64,000 nucleotides of DNA, from assembly GCA_017620815.1 (NCBI GenBank), contig JAGAUI010000001.1:4774-68773 (forward strand), written 5' to 3'. This document shows positions 17,916 to 27,409 of the stretch, piece after piece. Numbering within the stretch: position 1 is the first letter of the stretch; each line of letters opens with the position of its first letter. Source of the stretch: Flavobacteriales bacterium (GTDB lineage Bacteria > Bacteroidota > Bacteroidia > Flavobacteriales > UBA1820). A program made the translations under genes and the position numbers. The notes beneath the pieces were generated by a model. That model had not been told where the DNA came from and ran no database searches. It worked only from the letters and a program-made list of their open reading frames with translations.

Positions 17916-19211
17916 TATCGTTGCCGATGGTTTTGGAGACATGTCATAGCATACGCGGTTAACGTTCTTCACTTCACGCAATATGCGGTCTGTGATTTTC
18001 ATAAGCACCGCCCAGTCCACCTGCTCAATGGTTGCCGTCATAGCATCTACCGTATTGACCGCACGAATGATAACAGGATATTCATATGAACGGGCATTAT
18101 CACGCACCCCTACCGACTTGAAGTCTGGAACGACAGTAAAGTACTGCCATACCTTTTTATCAAGTCCTGCGATTTTAAACTCTTCGCGAAGTATCGCATC
18201 AGCTTCACGGACAGCTTCCAGACGTTCGCGGGTGATAGCTCCCAGACATCTTACGCCTAGACCGGGTCCTGGGAATGGCTGACGATATACCATCTCATAT
18301 GGCAATCCCAACTCTACTCCACAAGCACGCACCTCGTCCTTGAAGAGTTGTTTCAACGGCTCAACCAATTCAAACTGAAGGTCTTCTGGCAGACCACCAA
18401 CGTTGTGGTGAGATTTTACCATCTTGGCTGTTTTGGTACCGCTTTCTACTATATCTGGATAGATAGTACCCTGTCCTAGGAAGTCTATACCGTCCAGTTT
18501 GCGAGCCTCTTCTTCAAATACGCGAATGAACTCTCCACCTATGATTTTACGTTTGGCTTCTGGGTCGGCTACTCCTTCTAGTTTACCTAGAAAACGTTCT
18601 GTAGCATCAACATAGATAAGGTTTGCGTTGAGTTGGTTGCGGAATACCTCTACCACGTTTTCAGACTCACCCTTACGCATAAGCCCATGGTTTACGTGTA
18701 CGCACACCAGATTATCACCTATCGCTTTGAGTAACAGAGCAGCTACCACACTACTATCCACACCACCCGAAAGAGCCAATAGAACCTTCTTATCACCCAC
18801 TTGACGGCGTACAAGTTCTATCTGGTCATTGACAAAATTGGTCATATTCCAGTTGGCTTCGGCTTTACACTCATCAAATACAAATGATTTAACAGCTTCT
18901 TTTATAGCCTCTATATCATCCTTAAACTCGGGCAATTTCACTTCACATAGAGCTTTGTCGTGTCCTGCTGCTATAACAGGAATACCCATAGTGTAGATAT
19001 CGTGATTTACATCTATCTCCACACCATCTATAACGTGGTTTGGACCTCCGTTTATGATGATACCTTTGACATTAGGTAGAGAGCGTAATTCTTCTACCGT
19101 GATATCGTGGGGATATATCTCGCTATACACACCCAATGCTCGTATAGCACGTGCCACAACAGTATTCTCATGACTACCCAAGTCCAGAATAACTATCATA
19201 TCTTGTTTCAT
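17904..19211 (-). CDS. guaA: GMP synthase paralogue (intact ATP-pyrophosphatase and dimerisation domains, truncated and degenerate GATase-like N-domain)
   Basis: 435 aa with the SGGVDSS P-loop and a canonical C-terminus ...KPSATIEWE*. The N-terminal ~110 aa align to the GATase start but read GIPVIAAGHDKA where the G-x-C-x-G nucleophile would be. Confidence 0.75.
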   Translation of the reverse strand: MKQDMIVILDLGSHENTVVARAIRALGVYSEIYPHDITVEELRSLPNVKGIIINGGPNHVIDGVEIDVNHDIYTMGIPVIAAGHDKALCEVKLPEFKDDIEAIKEAVKSFVFDECKAEANWNMTNFVNDQIELVRRQVGDKKVLLALSGGVDSSVVAALLLKAIGDNLVCVHVNHGLMRKGESENVVEVFRNQLNANLIYVDATERFLGKLEGVADPEAKRKIIGGEFIRVFEEEARKLDGIDFLGQGTIYPDIVESGTKTAKMVKSHHNVGGLPEDLQFELVEPLKQLFKDEVRACGVELGLPYEMVYRQPFPGPGLGVRCLGAITRERLEAVREADAILREEFKIAGLDKKVWQYFTVVPDFKSVGVRDNARSYEYPVIIRAVNTVDAMTATIEQVDWAVLMKITDRILREVKNVNRVCYDMSPKPSATIEWE

Positions 19212-19256
19212 CTTATATTAAATTAAAGTTACTATTTTTAAATTTATATCTAATGA

Positions 19257-19958
19257 TTAGAAATTTGGTTCAAATTTATTTTTCTTGTAGAATTCTTTTA
19301 CTACTTCTACTACTTCGTCGGGGGAGTCCACTAGGTGTAATAGATCTATGTCTTCAGGAGAAATCATACCTTCTGCAAGTAGTTTTTCCTTTATCCACTC
19401 TACCAGTCCTTTCCAATAATCCACACCGACTAGTATGATGGGGTAAAGCGAAGATTTTTTGGTCTGCACGAGAGTTATAGCTTCAAAAAGTTCGTCCAGT
19501 GTACCAAATCCTCCCGGCATCACGACAAATGCTTGTGAGTATTTGACAAACATCACTTTACGCACAAAGAAATGGTCAAAGTATATGTTTTTGTCTTTAT
19601 CTATAAAGGGATTTGAGTTCTGCTCGTGAGGCAGTTCTATATTCATACCACACGATGTTCCCCCACCGAAATATGCTCCCTTATTGGCAGCTTCCATTAT
19701 ACCGGGGCCTCCACCAGTAATGACACCAAAACCTAGGGAGGTAAGCCTGTAAGCCACCTGTTCTGTAAGTTTGTAATAAGGTGTTCCGGGTTTTATACGT
19801 GCCGAACCAAATATAGACACACAAGGCCCTATACGAGCCATCGTTTCAAACCCTTGAACAAACTCGCTCATAATTTTAAATATAGACCACGAGTCATTTG
19901 TCTTGATATCGTTCCACGTCTTGGGAACAAAATCGGTACGTTGTACTAGTTCTTCCAT
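19257..19958 (-). CDS. LOG/TIGR00730-family Rossmann-fold nucleotide-binding protein
   Basis: GGGPGIMEAANKGA and PGGFGTLDELFE motifs. Confidence 0.8.
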   Translation of the reverse strand: MEELVQRTDFVPKTWNDIKTNDSWSIFKIMSEFVQGFETMARIGPCVSIFGSARIKPGTPYYKLTEQVAYRLTSLGFGVITGGGPGIMEAANKGAYFGGGTSCGMNIELPHEQNSNPFIDKDKNIYFDHFFVRKVMFVKYSQAFVVMPGGFGTLDELFEAITLVQTKKSSLYPIILVGVDYWKGLVEWIKEKLLAEGMISPEDIDLLHLVDSPDEVVEVVKEFYKKNKFEPNF

Positions 19959-19973
19959 AATTATATCTATTTT

Positions 19974-20996
19974 TTATTTCAACGTAAATACTGCAAACAC
20001 AGGATAATGGTCTGATGATTTTTCTTTTTTAAGAACATCACACGACTGCACTCCAAAATTATCACCATCTACCATTATATGGTCTATCCTCAACGGATAT
20101 TTTATATCTCTAAACGTAGCTCCTATACCCGTTCCTGCACTGCGATAAGCGTCTTTCATCCCTCCAGACAATATACTATGATATGAATATGAAAAAGGAG
20201 TATTATTAAAATCTCCTGCCACTATCACAGGATATGGTGTGGTGTTTATACTCTCTTGTATTTTTTTCACTTGGCTGCCTTGTGTTATAAATCCGCTATT
20301 AAGTCTCCCCCATAGTCCTTTCACATCTCTGGATAGGTCTTGGGAGGAAGAGAGAGCCTCCACCTCTTGGGCTTTTATCTCAAGCGATTCCAGATGCACA
20401 CAATAAACTCTTATAGTTTTATGGTCTGGGATTTCAATATCGGCATAGACGGCATTATTTAACGTATCATCAAACGAAAGAGTTCCTCTGCCTATGATAG
20501 GGTATCGCGAAAACAAAGCCACATTTTTATCCCTATAACTATACTTCCAGTCTGAAAGGTCTATAGATGGTACGCTGCGGTATTCTTGAAAGCATATTAC
20601 GTCTGGTGCATAGACATCTAGAGTATTATTTACAGATGTAGCAACCTGTGAGGCAGAAATACCGCTTTCGCCATAGAAAGACATCACGTTATATGTCATA
20701 AGACGCAACGTAGGCTTATCACTCGTATCCTTATCCTCTCCCAATGCAAATACTCCTGTCCACTGTCCCCAACCTACCAGAATAGCAAATACCGAATACA
20801 AAAAATACATATCCTTACATAGTATCCACAACACTATAAAAAACACATTTATTACCAAAAGTACAGGCAACAACAGCCCTATGGCATTTACATATGGAAT
20901 AAAGGCAGGATATATATACACCGAGACAAAAGCCAAGGCGAGAAGCAATGCACATACGGCATTTATGATTTTAAGAGCCAATCTTATAATTAACAT
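19974..20996 (-). CDS. endonuclease/exonuclease/phosphatase (EEP) family protein with an N-terminal membrane anchor
   Basis: 340 aa. Several N-terminal TM helices, then LMTYNV...ICFQE...GDFNN...SDHYPV EEP motifs. Confidence 0.75.
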   Translation of the reverse strand: MLIIRLALKIINAVCALLLALAFVSVYIYPAFIPYVNAIGLLLPVLLVINVFFIVLWILCKDMYFLYSVFAILVGWGQWTGVFALGEDKDTSDKPTLRLMTYNVMSFYGESGISASQVATSVNNTLDVYAPDVICFQEYRSVPSIDLSDWKYSYRDKNVALFSRYPIIGRGTLSFDDTLNNAVYADIEIPDHKTIRVYCVHLESLEIKAQEVEALSSSQDLSRDVKGLWGRLNSGFITQGSQVKKIQESINTTPYPVIVAGDFNNTPFSYSYHSILSGGMKDAYRSAGTGIGATFRDIKYPLRIDHIMVDGDNFGVQSCDVLKKEKSSDHYPVFAVFTLK

Positions 20997-21199
20997 ACTC
21001 TTATATGTATTTCTAGGAGCAAAATCCCCTTTCTTCTACCAAAGGTGCAATATAGCAAAAAAACTATTTTTACACACATCATTTTACACAAAATTACCTC
21101 CCTTCTATAAAAAAATTTGCTATTTTTGTTCCCATACAGACACTTTATTTCATATTTATCAATAACCCATTCTAAAACACATAAATACAATCAATCACC

Positions 21200-22657
21200 A
21201 TGTCTGAACTATTGTTTTTTATATCTATAATGCTTGTAAGTGGCATAGTGATAAGCAAAGCGTCTTATCGTTTTGGCATGCCATCTCTGCTGCTGTTCCT
21301 GCTCACTGGTATTCTAGCCGGTAGCGACGGTTTTGGGGGGATAGAATTTGACAATTACGACATAGCACAACAACTAGGTAACATAGCCCTTATTTTCATA
21401 ATGTTCTCGGGTGGTCTGGAAACCAAAATTTCCACCATTCGTCCTATAATTAAAGAAGGTGTCATACTATCTACACTAGGTGTCATTTTAAGTGTGTTTA
21501 TAGTAGGAGGATTTGTTTACTGGGTAACAGGTTTTTCGTTTTATGAAAGCATGTTACTAGGAGCTATCGTCTCCTCTACCGATGCTGCTGCGGTATTTGG
21601 TATCTTCCGTAGCCGCAAGATGGGACTTAAACACAATTTGCGTCCGCTACTTGAGCTGGAGAGTGGAAGTAACGACCCTATGGCTTTCATTATGACCACT
21701 ACATTTATCTACCTTATCAAGAGTCCAGATGTTTCTATTCTAGACACTATATGGATATTGGTACGTTCTATAACACTAGGAGGACTATGTGGTTGGTTAT
21801 TTGGAAGGGGAATGCTATGGCTTATAAACCGCATAAAACTAGATACCGATGGTCTATACCCTGTGCTTTCTCTGGCTATGAGTATGCTTACATTTTCGGC
21901 TACCGATATAGTAGGCGGCAACGGATTCCTTGCCATTTACATAGCAGCTGTAATACTTGGCAACAATAGTTTTGTACATAAAAAGAGCCTTACACGTTTT
22001 CACGATGGTGTTGCTTGGCTTATGCAGGTAGTAATGTTCATCATGCTGGGACTACTAGTTACTCCATCCAATATAGTTCCTGTGATAGGTGTAGGTGTAC
22101 TTGTTTCCATATTTATGATAGTCATTGCTCGTCCAGCGATGGTGTTTATATTGATGTATTTTTCTCGTTTCACTACCAAAGACAAAATTTTCATATCTTG
22201 GGGAGGTCTAAGAGGAGCCGTACCTATCGTTTTTGCATCATACGCACTAGTGGAAGGAGTACCTCATTCAGAGACTATATTTAACATAGTATTCTTTATA
22301 TCCATAGCATCTGTACTGGTGCAGGGAACACTACTACCCTACATGTCCAAAAAACTAGAACTAGCACTTCCACAGAGTGATGCGGCATCACATCCACTAG
22401 ATTATGAGATAACAGATAGTTTCAAGAGTGAAATGACCGAAGTGCGTGTAGATGTAGGTTCAACAGCCGATGGAGCCAAGATAGTAGAAATGAACATACC
22501 TCACAGCGTGATGGTCATACTAGTATATAGAGATGGAAAATACTTTGCACCCAATGGCTCTACCAAGATTCAAAGTGGAGACGTCCTCACACTGATGTCT
22601 GAAAACCGTAAAGATGTAGAATCTATAATGATGATGTGTAGTAATCCTGCCATATAG
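21200..22657 (+). CDS. K+/H+ (CPA1, NhaP2/CvrA-like) antiporter with a C-terminal TrkA-C domain
   Basis: 485 aa. Polytopic Na_H-exchanger-type region (ESGSNDPMA) plus a C-terminal RCK_C-like domain (GAKIVEMNIP...VLVYRDGKYFAPNGSTKIQSGDVLTLM). Confidence 0.8.
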   Translation: MSELLFFISIMLVSGIVISKASYRFGMPSLLLFLLTGILAGSDGFGGIEFDNYDIAQQLGNIALIFIMFSGGLETKISTIRPIIKEGVILSTLGVILSVFIVGGFVYWVTGFSFYESMLLGAIVSSTDAAAVFGIFRSRKMGLKHNLRPLLELESGSNDPMAFIMTTTFIYLIKSPDVSILDTIWILVRSITLGGLCGWLFGRGMLWLINRIKLDTDGLYPVLSLAMSMLTFSATDIVGGNGFLAIYIAAVILGNNSFVHKKSLTRFHDGVAWLMQVVMFIMLGLLVTPSNIVPVIGVGVLVSIFMIVIARPAMVFILMYFSRFTTKDKIFISWGGLRGAVPIVFASYALVEGVPHSETIFNIVFFISIASVLVQGTLLPYMSKKLELALPQSDAASHPLDYEITDSFKSEMTEVRVDVGSTADGAKIVEMNIPHSVMVILVYRDGKYFAPNGSTKIQSGDVLTLMSENRKDVESIMMMCSNPAI

Positions 22658-22664
22658 CAACATC

Positions 22665-22708
22665 AATGACAAAATAGCCGCCCCTTTCGGGGCGGCTATT
22701 TTGTCATT
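22665..22708. terminator. bidirectional intrinsic terminator
   Basis: 20-bp stem AATGACAAAATAGCCGCCCC / GGGGCGGCTATTTTGTCATT with loop TTTC. Confidence 0.8.
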
Positions 22709-22718
22709 GCCGAGTCAA

Positions 22719-23339
22719 TTATATCCTTATATCTTTTTCTATCATTTCTATTATCTCATCACGACGACGTGATAGTATCTTCATATATTCACGGATAGAG
22801 ATATTTGATATCTCACATATGAGTGGTCTTGCCAGAAATGGGTAAATACACAACGACTGTATATTTATAAGCAGCGTTATAGGACGCACAGGGCGTATAG
22901 TGCCTTTTTCCACTTCTGCATGTACGCTATTTGAGAAATCGCGGTATGCCTCTAGCAGATGTATCTTGGAACGGAAACGCTCCACTAGTTTTTCTGGTGA
23001 ACGTGTTACTTCGTTAAATATAAAGCTAGGCACATCTGGATTCTCTACCAACTCCTTCATGAGCCCATCTACCAGTGCAGGTATCTTTTCAAATAGCGAA
23101 GCATCTCCCAATATAGTATGATACACATTACTATACAGACTATTAAATGCTCGTTCATAGACTATACTGAATATATTTTCCTTACTACGGAAATAGTAGT
23201 TAAGTAAAGGCGAAGTAATACCAGCCTCGGCGGCTATATCTCTAGTAGTGGCACCTTTATATCCTTTTTTTATAAATACCGTACGTGCTGCTTTTAATAT
23301 CTTTTCTTCGGCCTCGTGTGATAATGAATTTTTAGGCAT
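22719..23339 (-). CDS. TetR/AcrR-family transcriptional regulator
   Basis: N-terminal HTH ILKAARTVFIKKGYKGATTRDIAAEAGITSPLLNYYFRSKENIF. Confidence 0.85.
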   Translation of the reverse strand: MPKNSLSHEAEEKILKAARTVFIKKGYKGATTRDIAAEAGITSPLLNYYFRSKENIFSIVYERAFNSLYSNVYHTILGDASLFEKIPALVDGLMKELVENPDVPSFIFNEVTRSPEKLVERFRSKIHLLEAYRDFSNSVHAEVEKGTIRPVRPITLLINIQSLCIYPFLARPLICEISNISIREYMKILSRRRDEIIEMIEKDIRI

Positions 23340-23420
23340 AATTTAACGTTTTCAATCATTCGCTTAAATCGCCTACAAAAATCCGATTATTTAATCACTT
23401 TTGCAAACTTTTTATATCAC

Positions 23421-23451
23421 AAAAAAAAGAGAAAAACCTATGGTTTTCCTC
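23421..23451 (-). terminator. intrinsic terminator of the histone-like gene
   Basis: Stem GAGGAAAACC / GGTTTTTCTC (one mismatch) followed by T8 on the minus strand. Confidence 0.6.
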
Positions 23452-23482
23452 TTTTTTATCATTTGTAATGAGCTGTGCTTTA

Positions 23483-23656
23483 TTATTTCGCAGCTTCGAT
23501 AGACTGTTTGCGGAATTCTTTGAACTTTTTAGTAAGTTCCAAAGAAACCTTACGAGCACGAGTACCAGCGGCTTTGTTGCCTTTTTCTACGTGAGCGTCA
23601 GCGTCTTTTACAAATGCTGCGATGTCTGCCTTAATTGAATCAAGTAACTCTTTCAT
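23483..23656 (-). CDS. small basic histone H1-like protein (57 aa; below the ORF-track cutoff)
   Basis: Hand translation: MKELLDSIKADIAAFVKDADAHVEKGNKAAGTRARKVSLELTKKFKEFRKQSIEAAK*. It resembles the ~60-aa histone H1 proteins annotated in Bacteroidota. Confidence 0.65.
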   Translation of the reverse strand: MKELLDSIKADIAAFVKDADAHVEKGNKAAGTRARKVSLELTKKFKEFRKQSIEAAK

Positions 23657-23861
23657 GTCAAATAAGATGAATTTACGGTTAATAATATATTATTTTCTCT
23701 TGTTGTTTTCTGTAAATACTTCAGTTGTGTGCATATACTCAAAACGAACACACAAATATATTTATATTTTTTACAAAAGAAAAAAAATACAATGTTTTTT
23801 TTCTATTATATGCGATTTTTTTCCAATAAGGTAAAATTTAACACTACTGAAAGTCAAATAT

Positions 23862-24794
23862 TTATATTTTCAGCTGTTTTACATCCATATTTTTAAGGTC
23901 TGTAGTACCTATTCCCAATGCTTCGCCTTTTCCTATATGACCTACTTGGTCTATTGTCATGGATTTCACTTGATTAAAGAGGCTTATGGCAGCAGTATCG
24001 GCAGCTACTATATCGGGAGAGATGATAAGAGACTTGATAAGAGCTGTATCGCCTGCACTCTTACCACGAGGGCCATTCTGGAACATGATACGATATGCGT
24101 CCACTATATTGAGTACAGGACGTTTCTCCCATGTACATACATCGGCTATACATTGCTGGAGGTCATTGGAATGGAAGTACTCACGGTCATAGACTATACC
24201 CATATAGTTCTTCATAGAGACAGACATTTTGGCACCTCCGTGATTTTTAAGGATAGGCATATTTATCCATACATCACAGTCTATGAGTTCTTTATGGATT
24301 TTGGTCTTTTTGAGTTTTACGGCACGGGGCAGTGTTACTTCTTCATAGTAGGATTCTAGGTCGGCAGCTACGACTTTGGCACCCGCCTTACGAGCAGCCT
24401 CTTCTATACCGCTGCGTACATATGTCGCCTTCCAATTATCACATGTATGGTCAAATACCACCACCTGTGCTGCACCAGCAGCTAGACATTTTTTTACCAC
24501 TTCGGCCACTAGTGAAGGGTTGGTATTGGCGGCTTCTTCTGGCGTCTTATCCCAAGCGATATTTGGTTTTATGACCACCTTCTGACCTTTTTTGATGTAT
24601 TTTTCTATGCCTCCTAGAGCCTCTAGTGCTTTGTTGAGCATCTCCACTGGTGTACCACCCATAACAGCTACCAGAGGTTTCTTTTGGATGACGCCAGTGA
24701 TGGTTTCACCCTCTACACTATGTGTAGCAGAACTACCCAGCACTCCCGCCAATGTACCTAAAAGAGTCGTTTTAAGAAAATCTCTTCTTTCCAT
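23862..24794 (-). CDS. DUF362 domain protein with a twin-arginine (TAT) signal
   Basis: MERRDFLKTTLLGTLAGVLG..., then KVVIKPNIAWDKTPEEAANTNPSLV, which is typical of DUF362. Confidence 0.65.
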   Translation of the reverse strand: MERRDFLKTTLLGTLAGVLGSSATHSVEGETITGVIQKKPLVAVMGGTPVEMLNKALEALGGIEKYIKKGQKVVIKPNIAWDKTPEEAANTNPSLVAEVVKKCLAAGAAQVVVFDHTCDNWKATYVRSGIEEAARKAGAKVVAADLESYYEEVTLPRAVKLKKTKIHKELIDCDVWINMPILKNHGGAKMSVSMKNYMGIVYDREYFHSNDLQQCIADVCTWEKRPVLNIVDAYRIMFQNGPRGKSAGDTALIKSLIISPDIVAADTAAISLFNQVKSMTIDQVGHIGKGEALGIGTTDLKNMDVKQLKI

Positions 24795-24811
24795 ATATTT
24801 ATGTTTTAAGT

Positions 24812-25228
24812 TTATTTTTTAATCACATTAAGTTTCCATGGGAAAGGAAAACATTCGCAATTATAAAGACTGTAGTCTGCCTCTCCATTGACAGCAAATG
24901 TCTTGATAAGGGCGGCTTTCTTCTCCTTTAATATATCCACCGCATAACGCACAGTAGCACCAGTTTTAATACGGTCCTCCACCAGCAGTATTCGTTTGCC
25001 CTCCACGTCAAAATTTATATCACTCACCAGACGAGGAGCATCATACATAGGGCGATTGGAAGGGTCACGCAATGATATATGCAGTAACTTTACCGGCAAT
25101 GATAGTTTTTCGCTCAACATTCCCGCTGGGACTATCCCACCACAGGCTATAGCGACTATCATATCAAATTCCTCGTCTATCTCTATCTCTTTAAGACGAG
25201 TCTTTACCTCTTCAAACGTATAAGCCAT
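24812..25228 (-). CDS. small type I phosphoribosyltransferase
   Basis: 138 aa with the PRPP-binding loop ILLVEDRIKTGATV. Confidence 0.7.
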   Translation of the reverse strand: MAYTFEEVKTRLKEIEIDEEFDMIVAIACGGIVPAGMLSEKLSLPVKLLHISLRDPSNRPMYDAPRLVSDINFDVEGKRILLVEDRIKTGATVRYAVDILKEKKAALIKTFAVNGEADYSLYNCECFPFPWKLNVIKK

Positions 25229-25234
25229 CTTTCT

Positions 25235-25747
25235 TTACTTACGAGCCACATATCTCAAGAAAGCATAACCTCCTAGCACTTGGAGAGCCATACCTACTAC
25301 TCCCATACGCAAGTCTTGCAATGCAGCGGCAGATGATGATGTAATAGCCCATTCGGCTAGACTTCCTACCACCTGATAGAAAACAACCACTGCTAGCAGA
25401 GCCATAATACTCACCTGTGATGTCTTACGTGCTACATATGATGCTGCCAATGCTGCCAACGCTCCCTTTATCATTATCACATTTAGCATACCTTCTGCTG
25501 GCATACCAAAGAGCAAATGATTGACCACAGGAGATAATAATGCCGTAAGAAGCCCTACCGATAGTCCACATTTATATGCAGCTATGATAGTAAAGAAGTA
25601 TATAGGCAGGAAGATAAAACCTCCATTGGGAATAAGGTGAACTAGTTGTGGGAAAAGGACATTGGATAAAGTAAAGAGTCCCACACACATTGCTGTACGA
25701 GTAGAAAGCAATGGTAGATTATATAATTTCACTGTTGATGTACTCAT
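25235..25747 (-). CDS. small polytopic membrane protein (ECF S-component-like?)
   Basis: 170 aa with about 5 hydrophobic helices and no clear motif. The family assignment is a guess. Confidence 0.3.
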   Translation of the reverse strand: MSTSTVKLYNLPLLSTRTAMCVGLFTLSNVLFPQLVHLIPNGGFIFLPIYFFTIIAAYKCGLSVGLLTALLSPVVNHLLFGMPAEGMLNVIMIKGALAALAASYVARKTSQVSIMALLAVVVFYQVVGSLAEWAITSSSAAALQDLRMGVVGMALQVLGGYAFLRYVARK

Positions 25748-25836
25748 GATATTTATGTTTTATATGTTTATAATAGCCAAAAATATATCTTTTTTATATC
25801 TGTTTAAAGTTTTTTTCTCTTTTTTTACATTTGGCA

Positions 25837-26931
25837 CTATCCTTTATATATATAAGGTGCCACTACCCTAGAGATTGTCTTCATCTTATGACAGGTTTCT
25901 TCCCATTCATCGCTAGGAGAGCTTTGAGCGGTAATGCCTCCCCCTGCATACATCGTCAAATGATTATCACTCAGCTGCATGCAGCGTATATTCACATAGA
26001 GTTCGGCGGTGGCATTTCCAGCCATATTAAGTTCTCCTAGATAACCCCCATAGAACATTCTATCGTGCGATTCGTTTTTCTTTATGAACATCATAGAGAG
26101 GTCTTTGGGGTATCCACACAAGGCTGGCGTAGGAGAAAGTTTTTTTATAATATCTCTCATATCCACACCTTCTTTCATAGTTCCAGATATATGACTACAT
26201 AGATGTACCACTCCTGCTGCACGATGATTATCGGGGCCCTTGATTTTTATATCTTTTACACCACAGCTAGATAGCACATCTCTTATATAACGCGTAACTA
26301 TATCCTGCTCTTCCACTTCCTTTTCTTTCCAACGATACATTTTCTCCCCCTCATAAGGCTGTGTCCCCGCCAAAGACATAGTATGTATATCTTCTCCACG
26401 ACGCAATAGTAACAGTTCTGGTGATGCTCCTGCCCATCTTCCTATGCTGGGGTGGGAAAAATAATAAACAAACGCATCGGGATATGTACTACACATAGAG
26501 GCATATACAGCAGCCATATCTATACTGTCATAGTCCACACGCATAGTACGCGATGTTACTATTTTCTTTATATCGCTATCCTCTATCTCGCGTATGGCAG
26601 CACTCACCAGTGATACATAACTATCCTTTGCTACCAGTTCATCGGTCTTGTGAGATAGAGAAACATTATCTTCATCTGCCAGAGATGTATCTGGGAGTTG
26701 TGATACAGGGAATGTAGTATGCACATCGGGGTGAAGGATTACAGCAGGCAGACTACTATCAAATGCTGCAAATACAAAACCGCTTTCAGTTCCATCTCCA
26801 GATAACACACGCAACTGTTTGGAACTATCTATTATCACATGTATATGGGATTCGGCAGGATAACGATACAGAACAAATGGGTGTCCACCTCCCTCTAGTG
26901 TCGTTACAAGTGATTCAAAATCTATACTCAT
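25837..26931 (-). CDS. menF: isochorismate synthase
   Basis: 364 aa. Chorismate-binding C-terminal motifs (LSPTPALCGYP...GGYLGEL...NIRCMQL...YAGGGIT). Confidence 0.8.
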   Translation of the reverse strand: MSIDFESLVTTLEGGGHPFVLYRYPAESHIHVIIDSSKQLRVLSGDGTESGFVFAAFDSSLPAVILHPDVHTTFPVSQLPDTSLADEDNVSLSHKTDELVAKDSYVSLVSAAIREIEDSDIKKIVTSRTMRVDYDSIDMAAVYASMCSTYPDAFVYYFSHPSIGRWAGASPELLLLRRGEDIHTMSLAGTQPYEGEKMYRWKEKEVEEQDIVTRYIRDVLSSCGVKDIKIKGPDNHRAAGVVHLCSHISGTMKEGVDMRDIIKKLSPTPALCGYPKDLSMMFIKKNESHDRMFYGGYLGELNMAGNATAELYVNIRCMQLSDNHLTMYAGGGITAQSSPSDEWEETCHKMKTISRVVAPYIYKG

Positions 26932-26946
26932 ATTTAGGAATAGGCA

Positions 26947-27405
26947 TTAGGCGTTTTTGGGAGAGATAACTTCTTTGGGCAGTACTATATTGGTAACCTT
27001 GCCTTTGGAGATAAGACGACCTTTCTGGTTTACAACCTCAACGTCCCATATCTGTGTGGTACGACCTATGTGTATAGCAGTAGCGGTAGCCGATAGCACA
27101 TCACCCTTACGACCTGTACTTATGTGATTGGCACTTACGTCTATCCCTAGCACTACTTCGGTTTCTGCATCCATATAAAGGCACGATGCAGACGAACCCA
27201 CAGTCTCTATAAGAGCCATCGTAGCTCCACCATGCAGGATACCACCGGGACGCATCATCTGGTCACCTACCACCATCTCACAGGTAAGGCTCTTTTCTCC
27301 TACCGCTGTATATTTTATATTCAACGTTTCCATAAGTGTGGCAGGACACATATCGTTGAGTGTAGAGAGTATCTCTTCATCTGGTGTAGTTATTCTATCT
27401 TTCAT
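26947..27405 (-). CDS. PaaI/hotdog-fold thioesterase (candidate DHNA-CoA thioesterase)
   Basis: GILHGGATMALIETVGS motif. Adjacent to menF. Confidence 0.7.
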   Translation of the reverse strand: MKDRITTPDEEILSTLNDMCPATLMETLNIKYTAVGEKSLTCEMVVGDQMMRPGGILHGGATMALIETVGSSASCLYMDAETEVVLGIDVSANHISTGRKGDVLSATATAIHIGRTTQIWDVEVVNQKGRLISKGKVTNIVLPKEVISPKNA

Positions 27406-27409
27406 ATAT

